Notes: generated by a model from the letters alone, not told the origin. A stretch of DNA of 63,935 bases, filler included, from Bigelowiella natans CCMP2755 (GCA_000320545.1; 7 parts of 7 records of this genome joined end to end with filler, not necessarily neighbours in it); one strand, 5' to 3'; counted from the whole stretch's first letter, positions 26,923-36,564 are shown. Made by a program: numbers and translations.

Positions 26923-29047
26923 ATGGCACAGGGTGAGTACTCCTCCTGCTGTGTGTTCGAATGAGCGATGTCGTTTTGACGCTACATACATCGAGCTCAA
27001 CGAAGGAAGGAAATGAGGAAGGGTAGAATGGAGGAATGGAGAAGGGGGGTGAGCGAAACTGTTGTGATTGATTTTCATTGAATTTTATGCCACCAGGTTC
27101 GAGCATGAAGGAGGAGCTTTTGGAGGCCTGTGAAAAAGGCTACACCTACAAAGCAACACTCTTGATCAAGGAGGGGGCTAATATCGAGGCGAAGGATGAA
27201 AATGGCTGCACCCCTTTAATGCTTGCAAGTTACAATGGCGAGAGAGACACTGCAGAGCTCTTGATCGAGAAGGGGGCTAATATCGAGGCGAGGAACAAAA
27301 ATGGCTGCACCCCTTTAATGCTTGCAAGTTACAATGGCGAGACCGACACTGCAGAGCTCTTGATCGAGGAGGGGGCTAATATCCAGGCGAAAGACAAATA
27401 TGGTTTCACCCCTTTAATGCTTGCAAGTCTCAATGGCGAGACCGACACTGCAGAGCTCTTGATCGAGAAGGGGGCCAATATCGAGGCGAAGGATGAAAAT
27501 GGCTGCACCCCTTTAATGCTTGCAAGTATTGTTGGCGAGAGAGACATTGCAGAGCTCTTGTTCGAGTTTGGTGGGGCTAATATCGAGGCGAAGGATGAAA
27601 ATGGCTGCACCCCTTTAATGCTTGCAAGTTACAATGGCGAGAGAGACACTGCAGAGCTCTTGATCGCGAAGAGGGCTAAAATCGATGCGAGGAACAAAAA
27701 TGGCTGCACCCCTTTAATGCTTGCAAGTTACAATGGCGAGACCGACACTGCAGAGCTCTTGATCGAGGAGGGGCTAAAATCAATGCGAGGAACAAAAATA
27801 GTTTCACCCCTTTAGTGCTTGCAAGTCTCAATGGCAAGACCGACACTGCAGAGCTCTTGATCGAGAAGGGGGCTTATATCGAGGCGAAGGATGAAAATGG
27901 CTGCACCCCTTTAATGCTTGCAAGTGTTATTGGCGAGAGAGACACTGCAGAGCTCTTGATCGAGTTTGGGGCTACAATCGATGCGAGGAACAAAAACGGC
28001 TGCACCCCTTTAATGCTTGCAAGTTCCAATGGCGAGACCGACACTGCAACGCTCTTGATCAAGAAGGGGGCTAAATTTGGAGTGAAAGATTCAAAAGGAA
28101 GGGATGTATTGGAATTGGCAAAAGAAAGGGATGAACAAGAAGTAGCGAAACTTTCAAAAAAGCATGTCACATCTTGTAAAAAACGAAAAAGAGAAGTGAA
28201 CCAATCTGTAGTGTTGAACAAGAAAATGAAAAAAAAACACACAAAAGGAAAAAAAAAAACAGAAAAATGTAAAGCCTTGAAAATTTCTGAAGTAGAAAAC
28301 CATGATGAGAAGCAAGCTTCTGAATTTTTCAAGTCTCGTTTCCTTGACAATGGTCTAGGAGAGGCCGTGAGAACACCTCTAAAGGGAATAAAGAAACTGC
28401 CATTAGTGTCACTAGAAAACGCTGTCAGGGAATGTTGCAACTTACATACTGATCTGGAATATGAAGACCATTTAGAGTTAAATGTTGAGTGTGCATTAGA
28501 TACTGCGGATGAGATCCGCAGAGAGCACAAAGGTGAGAAGTTGTCGCGAGATAAAATAGGCGCTTTAAACTTGTACACACAAGAGAGTATCTTTTATCCG
28601 AAGCTCAACATGAGTCTCCGCAAGGCGGACAGAAAATCAGCTCTGCCTTTCTTCAAATATCTTCGACTTTTAACTTCTGCACTGGCAAAACTCCCAAATG
28701 TCAAACGAACTGTGTTTCGCGGCATGAGAGTTCCCACCGAACCCAAGTTAAGGAAAACCGTTATTAAAAAGTACGCAGAAGGAAGCAAGGTCACCGAATG
28801 GGGTGTGACTAGTGCGACAACGACTCAGAGAGTTATAAGTGGTTTTTTAAGTAAGAAAGGCTTGAACATGGTCTTCACCTTGGAGTGTCATCGTTTGAAA
28901 AGTATCAAGAAATATTCGGCGATACAGAAAGAGGACGAGATGCTCATTGGGATGGCGACTCGTTTCAAGGTTGTGAGTCGATGGAATCTCAACGGGGCAG
29001 AGATGGTTCAAATGAAAGAACTCGAAAAAATACCTCTCTGGTCCTGA
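26923..29047 (+). CDS. Ankyrin-repeat + NAD:arginine mono-ADP-ribosyltransferase (ARTC, R-S-ExE) fusion with one apparent frameshift
   Basis: Exon 1 ATGGCACAGG (26923-26932), GT..AG intron 26933-27096, in phase with the 27078 ORF. Nine TPL(M/V)LAS ankyrin units, a Lys-rich linker, then LYTQES..Y..LN..LR, TVFRG (R at 28718), TSAT (28808) and EDE (28931-28939). Frame switch near 27770. Confidence 0.9.
27171..28080 (+). repeat. Coding tandem array of near-identical 99-bp ankyrin units with 399-bp higher-order period
   Basis: Units recur every 99 nt (one is 102 nt); 27181 matches 27580 and 27282 matches 27681. Confidence 0.95.
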
Positions 29048-29059
29048 ACAGAAAGAAAT

Positions 29060-30470
29060 GGATTTATAGGATCACTTGGCATGTGCACTAGTACATTCGT
29101 GTCATGTCGGATGCACATTGTGTCACAAAGTGATGGATGTGCTGTTATGCATGTCCATGTGCAATGAAAGGGATGTCTAGATGTGTGCAATGCAATGGAA
29201 CAATTAACCTAAATCAATTAGCCCATGGAAACATTTTTAATGTTCATCCTAATGCAACGACGCAAGGCTGCGGCTGACCATTTGCGCTCAATGTCATCAT
29301 GTTGCATCTGTTTGTTTCTGTTGTTACATGCTTGAGCTTGAGCTTGATGCATTTCATCAAAAGTGTAGTCACATTTTGTGCAATGTCTAAAAGTGTGGGT
29401 AGTGGTCTGCACTTTTTTTCCAGCTTGAGTAGTTTTGTCTCGTCATTGCAAATGTGATGATGGCATTGCAATTGCTAGATTGGTACGCAACCTCTGCTGT
29501 TAGTGTTCGCATGCTGTTGTTGTTGTGTTCAAAACCGATGACCGCCACCACAAAAATCTCACGTGCACTTTGCATGGAAGAAATTGCAGAATCAGCATGG
29601 GCAGTCCATGCATCATGTTCAACTCTTTCATCAGTTTCACAAAACCATCGATTTTGGCCTTAAGACTTGAGACTGTTGTGATTTAAGGTGTGTGGATGTT
29701 GCTGACAGGGGGAGACACCTCAGCGTCCAAATTGCATCGCTTGTCTTGTTTCGGCTGTCTAGCTGTGCAAGTTGCATCAGCGGCATGTTCATTTGGGCAT
29801 TGGAAGCGACAACGGGCACCATCTAGCTAGCTAGCCATGGGTGTCGGCTTCTGCCTCATCATTTAATTTGTCCTTCAGCAGCAATTTTGCTGCATACCAC
29901 AGCATGCAAATCATCGCCACACGTCGATCATGCCAGCATGGCGGGCGGAATGAGTGGACGACGGCGGAACGTACGTCTGGATGGGGTTTCCCTTTGTTGT
30001 TGGAAAGCACTGATTGCACATCGGTGGATTGATCACATCACTCCTCTGCCCAGTGTGCTGGCTAGCTAGCTAGCTGTGTCATGGCATGCTTGACCAGCGT
30101 TGAGCAACAGCAATCTGGCAATGCTGGAATGCCACCACACGCACTTCTGGACTTGCACACGCAGGCGGGTCAAGGCGAAGTGGCTCCAGCCATGCCATTG
30201 TTTGCACTTGCTTAGCACAGTTTACCAGCGCTAACTGCATGCGCACATCTGTGTTGCAGACGCCAGCTAGCCAGTTGCTTGTGTGGCGTGCAATGTCAGG
30301 AAGAGTTGGACATCCGCGAACAAGCTTGCCAGCTTGGCCGTTCAAGATTGGCGGGCCGATTGGAAAGAAACAAATGAGTGTTTCCATTGAAGCAGTTGAA
30401 AGCATCATAGGACACCAATGAAAGAATACATGAAGCATTTCCACAGGAGCGGTTGAAAGGATCACAGCTC
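29060..30470. repeat. CTAG/TGCA/CATG-rich intergenic island 3
   Basis: Starts right after the ART stop; TG/CA-rich with many in-frame TGA on the minus strand; (CTAG)n at about 29823 and 30060. Confidence 0.7.
29739..29940 (+). repeat. Dispersed direct repeat copy B
   Basis: Paralog of 25505-25710 in the same orientation; the two copies bracket the ANK-ART gene. Confidence 0.9.
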
Positions 30471-30754
30471 AGGCTACCTCATCCCACCTCATCCGTGATC
30501 CGTGACCTCCTCAATCAGCTACAAGTGAGAGCGTGGCGTTCCATGCAAACAAGATGGAATTTTCCTCCTGCGACAACGAAAAATCCGATATATGTCTTTT
30601 TAGCGTTGTCGCAGAGACAGGAACGGAGTTACAAACATCGATGCTTCAAAGTCCTATTTTTTTTGTGCAGTGTGTAGCGAGGTAAGTACCTCACTCCATA
30701 GAAAGAAAGAACGGGTTAGCAGCATTTGGAAAAACCAGCACCGGATCACTACTC

Positions 30755-31686
30755 ATGGGGACTGTGGCGGCACCTGCCCACGCAATAGATCAGGAGAAGA
30801 GAAGGAAGAAAGCGCAGTCGGCCCCGACGAGGAGGAATGGTAGGAATATCACTGCGGTTGCTATTCGTCAGGAGCTCGAAAGGCTTTCAGAGGAGGTTTT
30901 GTCCAAGTCATGCAGACTGAAAACCTTGGCTCAGCTGCTGTATCGTATGGATTCCAAGGAGCATGTTAGCCCGCTGGAGTTGGCGATGGCGATGAGGGAG
31001 CAGAAGTGTAGGAATTACCACGCCGACATAGAATCTGATACGAGAAGGCAGGTGGTACTAAATGTGGTGTTGGAGGTAGACGCCGAGATATTACCACCAC
31101 CAATAGAACAATAGAACATCATCTTGGCAAACAATGTTGTTGGACAAGGGCATGATTGTTTTGCCTCTTAACTCAGGTTGCCCTTCTTCAAGCTGAAATC
31201 GAGAAAAGGGATGCTTGTATAACGAGGCTCCAGAAGGAAGTTAGAGTTCTCACGGAAAGGCAGCAGGGTGAGATCGCAGCCAAGATAAATTTAAGAAGCA
31301 CATCCGTGCAGCAGCTCGAAACCGATATTAACATCACAACAGCAAGTGATTATTTTAGTGACGAGGCTTCGTTCGATCAGCGGTGCAAGGTCATGGACGA
31401 CGACCTGATGTCCGTCGGGTTTCAATCACAGCACAGCTCCACAGACGTACCAACTACTGAGGAGATGACTTGCCTCGCTGATAGCTATAGCATCAAAGCA
31501 AGTAGCTTGAAAGAAGAAACTAGGCCAGAGGTGGAAATTTCGACGAACACCAATGATGTCAATAACAAAACGGATTTTTTCGTCGACGCTAATGATGCAA
31601 GGTGTTCATCATCCTCAGTGGTAGTTCAAAAGAGGGGTACTCCGAAGATAGACCAAAAAGAAAATCCCCCTCTCTTTTTCCTATGA
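30755..31686 (+). CDS. Two-exon orphan coiled-coil protein (about 268 aa)
   Basis: ORF from 30755 to donor after 31051; acceptor at 31176 in phase with VALLQAEIEKRDACITRLQKEVRVLTERQQ; stop at 31686. Confidence 0.7.
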
Positions 31687-32189
31687 CATGTTTACATTGG
31701 TAGATTGGTTATGAATTCACATCGAACTCTTGCGTGCGGGGGGGTATCGTTGCGTGTATGACGTTACGACGGGTTTTTTAAATCAGATAAGGCATTAATT
31801 TCTATCTAAGCTATTGAAGAATCGCGACTACGTAGTGCTGATTATTTCTTTTCCTTCACTAAATCATTGAAAGTGTACCAAGGGTTGCTACCATTTAGAA
31901 TGTGAGTTTGAGGTCTTTTACTAGCATTTCAAATATTTGATATAATTTTTCCAGCCGATAATATTCTCATGTAAAATGCGTATACGGTGAGTTACTCAAT
32001 ATGAAACCTGCCCTCATCTGCATGTTCAGTGCAGATTTCCTGTGACAACAGTGTTATCATTTAATGATCTGGAGGGACAGGTTTGACTGGATGCCAATCT
32101 ACATTGTTAGCGGGATTTGTTCCTGAAAATGTCACAATGGATTAGATTGTTGTTACGAATTGATTACCACATTCTAATTGAATTTCGTA

Positions 32190-32860
32190 CTCATGGGGAT
32201 GTGACAGCATGTTCACCTGGCTAGCTGGGACTCAAAAAAGGACTCAATCATTGTCTCTAAATGCTTCATGACGGCGTGGCCACTGCAGTGATGCCATTTT
32301 TCTGCATCTAGATGTGGCACGTGCCTGCATCGTGGATGGATGCGCGACATCGTGCACAGCGGCATGCCTGGCATCCACATGCACCAGTCTAGCAGTACGC
32401 TCTCTAGCTCTGGCACTGCACCACTCGCTAGCACTCTCAAATGCGATTTTTTTGGCATGCACGCAACCTCACCTCACTTTCATGAGTGCCTCAATCACTA
32501 ATTGACATCACGATGATTGCAAACGTTGCAGACATCTGCAGCAGACTTAGTAGCATGCCTCACCTAGCCCACATTTCATTTCCCATCAACAATCAGTTGC
32601 AAAAACTGCGAACACAATGCGCAACATGAAAATTTGCCTACTGACGACCTACTGCTGAACTGAATTGCTAGAATGACATGGCAAAATCACAGGCACATCA
32701 CTTGTTTTTGTGAAAACAATCTTTGTTAAAAATGACACAGCAAAATCTACAGCGGAGCATCGCGCCATTGCCCATCGCTCAATTTCCTAGCAAGGTCCAT
32801 TCAGAACTATTCTCCAACATGACAAAATGAGAGATGTGATGAACTAGGTGAATGAGGGAA
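32190..32860. repeat. CTAG/TGCA/CATG-rich intergenic island 4
   Basis: GCATGC/CACATG/CTAG-rich sequence between convergent 3' ends. Confidence 0.6.
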
Positions 32861-32903
32861 TCGTCATTGAACAAATGGATCCCTGAGTAGAGTGTTCTGG
32901 TCC

Positions 32904-35019
32904 TCAGCATGTGTTGACTCGAGCATAGATTCCAGGCAATTTCTTTTGGAGAGCCTTGATGAAATCGATGCCAATCACAAACATGTTGACTTTGTTGTGT
33001 ATCTCTTCTCTAATCCTTTTTTGAGCATCTCCCGTTGCCTTCCGCTCAAGTTCCTTGTCATCCTTTAACATTTCAAATTCGTCCTCTTCGCTAGGCGTCC
33101 TTGCAGCCGATGACCTGAGTTGCTCTCGTCGAGATTTGAGTTCTTCAACACACAATTTCTTTGCGGCGTCCATCTTTGATGCTATGTTCTTCTCAGTCCA
33201 TCTGTGGCCCAAAGTGAAATCTTTGAATTTCGACTTAGGAACAACATAAAGCCCAATGACTTTCGTGCCAGTAAGGCTATCGAGCGTCATTTCATCTTTG
33301 CTGAAAGGATTGTAGTTGTGCTCGCCAGATTCGATTTTGTTGCACTCTAAATACTTTCGCCAGGGCTTTTATTTCGCCAATGTTTGGAAGTCCAGTCAAC
33401 ACTGCATCCCAATTTTTGTAGCAGTTAGAGCAAATTGTGAGCCGCGATTTCTGGTTCGTGTCAAGCTTGCATGCTTCGAAAATTGCTTGATTTGTTTCTT
33501 TCGCATTATCAAAGTTCATATGCAGGATGCTGCCAGGTACTTTGACCTGGAATGGGGTCTCGTCAACCGCTGCTTGACCCGGCAGCCTTAAACGCCGGCA
33601 GTGAAACTCACCTCCTAAGGAAAGCATGTACAGCATTCGATGCTCGACAGCAAATGCCTCGTGCGTGGGATTTATCTTCATGACCCCGTAAGCCTTCTTT
33701 GCACAAAGCTGAGCTGCACGTTCACTCAAGAATTCAATGTCACGCTTGCCCGAACCAACGGATATGAACCTTTTACTTTCCCTCTCCCTAGCTGGCAGTT
33801 GAGGCACCATAGTGTACAGTTTGCTACTGTAATTAAGGTACGCTGTTCTTATAAACTCATTAGATTTATCTCCTAACCCTTCAACGACTTCTTCCTGATC
33901 TTGGAGGAAGTTTTCGCATGTATCCACCCCACCGAAAACGTGACGAACTGCACCCCCTGCCTTACAATATCTTTTTTCCACCTCTCCATCGCCCAGGGCT
34001 TTACCGTGGTGAAAATATCTACGGAAAGCTAAGAATTGGTCCAGTGAGAAGTTGAGCACGTTCACGAAAGCGAGGTCCGGCACGACTGTGAACTCAATAC
34101 TTGGAGACATGGGGATCACCGTAAAAAGACTTTCCCACGGTGCTCGATGCGGAAATGTGGTCTCAAACCAATTTTCTTTTCAGGATCGCAAATGAGAGTC
34201 ACACCATCCAGCTTTTTGTCCTTGAAATCGTGTGAACTTCGAACAATTTTTGTATAACTCTTGTACTTCTCATTTCCCCGATCATACTCGAATGAGTAGA
34301 AGGATGGACCTTTGCTGGAAAATAGGACTACATTCCTCTTTTTATCAAACTTCCTTCAAAGAAGCATGAACGATAGCCACGGACTTTCCCGTTCCCGGTG
34401 GGCCTCGTATGATCACACCCTTTCCTCCGCGATCCCTGCATTCTCTGGCATAATCCATAGCCTGTTGCATGGTGGGTCTGTACACTAACACCTTTTCCTC
34501 TTTCACTTGACCGAGTACCGCTGAGAACAACCCATTTTATAACACCAAAATTTGACACCAGTTATTCGTGCTTTCCCGTATGAAGATTTATCCTTTTTCA
34601 TCTCATAGGCGTTTGATTCCGACGGAGTCTCGTATTTTGCTTCCATTAGTTCATTAGCAAATTCCGTAGCATCTTTGTCGAACGTCCACTTGGAGTGTGC
34701 AGCTCCGCTTTCCTCATATTCCATGGCTGAACCCACACGCAAAAATATCTCAGCACACCGATTGTTCCTCAGATGTTAACAGAATTAATAACCTTGGGTT
34801 GCCTTCTTAAACTTTTGTCACATCCTTCAGTTCTGCCTACTTCGCCTGGATTTCCTTTTGAGTTTCAGCTATTTGCGCTTCTACTTTCTTTATTTTTTCA
34901 TTGAGCTCCTCCTTCGTAAAATTTCCTTCAAAGTAAAATTGTTCAAATCGCGCAAGTCGGTCATTCAGCTTGTTCTTCTCCTCCCTCAACATCTCAATTT
35001 GTTTGCTAATAGAGTCCAT
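32904..35019 (-). pseudogene. Crinkler/RHS-like protein: helical header + P-loop NTPase + REase-like domain, multiply disrupted
   Basis: Header MDSISKQIEML... from 35019, TAG at 34837-34839. Walker A GPPGTGKS (34381-34404), Walker-B-like TLICDP (about 34185), RYCKAGGAVRHVF (about 33950), NWDAV (about 33405), later H motif and VIGLYVVP. Needs frame changes near 34540, 34350, 34100-34170 and 33300-33370. Confidence 0.7.
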
Positions 35020-35265
35020 CTGAATTCCCCATACCACCTCAGAACGCTGAGAACACATCAAAGCTTAAGCTCCCGAACGCAAGCCTCGTAGGATAAGTAC
35101 CTGTGCTTTCGAACTTCTCCTGCTCGAGATTCTTTCATCATCTCCTACATTCCTTTTCGCGTCAGAAGATCCATCCGCTTCATAAACTCTAATTTCGAGT
35201 CACGTGTGAAGAAGATATTGCACGGAGACTCTCCTTGCGGCGAATCCCCGGAGAAAGATCATCGC

Positions 35266-35308
35266 CCGTTACTGTCCGTTCGTGTCCGTTCGTGTCCGTT
35301 AGTGTCCG
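35266..35308 (+). repeat. 10-bp tandem repeat (CGTGTCCGTT-like) x about 4
   Basis: CCGTT ACTGTCCGTT CGTGTCCGTT CGTGTCCGTT AGTGTCCG. Confidence 0.85.
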
Positions 35309-35349
35309 AAGATTGCAGGATATCTGAGAACGGCGGTGAATTCCAAATG

Positions 35350-35430
35350 GGATTTCGGGATTTCCACATGGAATTCGCCAATGATGGAAGCTTTTCACTG
35401 GATTTCCATCGACTTCTAGATCTAGATCTA
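35350..35430 (-). promoter_or_regulatory. Motif cluster upstream of the Crinkler-like gene: GGAAATCC x2 (sense) and TAGATCTAGATCTA
   Basis: GGATTTCC at 35358 and 35400 on the + strand; palindrome at 35417-35430 identical to 26658-26671. Confidence 0.35.
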
Positions 35431-35529
35431 CTCGTACCTAGATTCGTACAGCTTGTAGTCTATCGTAGGATTTGGACATCAATTCTGGAAGATCACGTGT
35501 GCTGGGAAATGCGAAAGCAACCCCCCCTT

Positions 35530-36118
35530 TTAGGTCTTTTTTTGGGTAGTTTCATCTATGTATCGGTTGCTAGGTCTATGAACAGGGGGGTACTTCCACA
35601 ATATCAAGAAACTGCTATTTTTTGGTTTTTGAACAGGCCATTTTGTGTAGAAAGGTATAGAATTTCTCAAAAGAGAGGCAAAAGAGGGATCGAATGTGCG
35701 AGATAGGTATATTTTTTCGGCTTCCAAGCTCTGCGAATTCTCTGCGTAAAATAAGGGCAATTTCCGAGAAATCAAAGAAAAGCATACATCACAGAGAGAA
35801 ATGCCCTGAGAACAACAGCATGCGACAATCCTGCAAATCCGAAACGCGAAGGTTGCCACAGCGCATGTCCGACATTCGTCTGGACCACCATTGCTGACGT
35901 TGGTTTGCTGCGCGCAATGCAAATCGTTCGAACATTAGTTCATAATTTGCACAATATATGCTGCTAGGTTTCGAGGTGGCTCTAAAGGAATTTAGCATAC
36001 TGGTATTATCATTCTGGAGATAAATTGACTGTCGAACTACACTCGAAACATCTGAAAGCCGACCTGCAGCTATTTGCGACGATTGGAGGTTGGTTTCAGC
36101 AGCTCCTTGTATATTCAT
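35530..36118 (-). CDS. Possible small gene, unresolved
   Basis: Overlapping open frames (MNIQGAAETNLQ..., Cys-rich ECRTC...LCDVC) with no consistent splice model or recognised family. Confidence 0.2.
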
Positions 36119-36136
36119 ATGTCCATGTGCATGTAC

Positions 36137-36174
<38 letters not shown>

Positions 36175-36239
36175 ATATGACTAAATATGCATGTAAGGTT
36201 GCGGAAGAGTGAAAGAGATCAGAGAGGAGGAGAGGGAGG

Positions 36240-36290
<51 letters not shown>

Positions 36291-36564
36291 GAATGTGAGC
36301 TGTCGACTTAATCACATGTCGACATCATTTTCTTCTTCTAAATGTTACATATCATATTCAGGGTCGAACAGAAGCACAAATATCACCTGCACTGAATCGG
36401 ATCCAAATAATCACAACCATACAGGGCGCCTACTCTTATTCATTTTAGACTTTTGGCGCACACGTGGTTGATTGACAAACAAGCTCGTTTTACTAGATCT
36501 AGAACTTGCTCAATTTAATTTGTCGACGTGAAACCTACCGAACACATTAATAACATCAAACCTG

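Noticed and set aside
27171-28080. Regular 99-bp repeats as a CRISPR-like array
   Set aside because: No unique spacers; the units are contiguous, in frame and translate to ankyrin repeats.
27874-28578. 234-aa antisense ORF (and 27329-27610) opposite the ANK-ART gene
   Set aside because: Shadow of the repetitive, Lys-rich sense coding sequence; no independent motifs.
25505-29940. The direct repeats as LTRs of a retrotransposon
   Set aside because: No TG...CA ends, PBS, PPT, gag or pol; homology ends inside larger unrelated islands.
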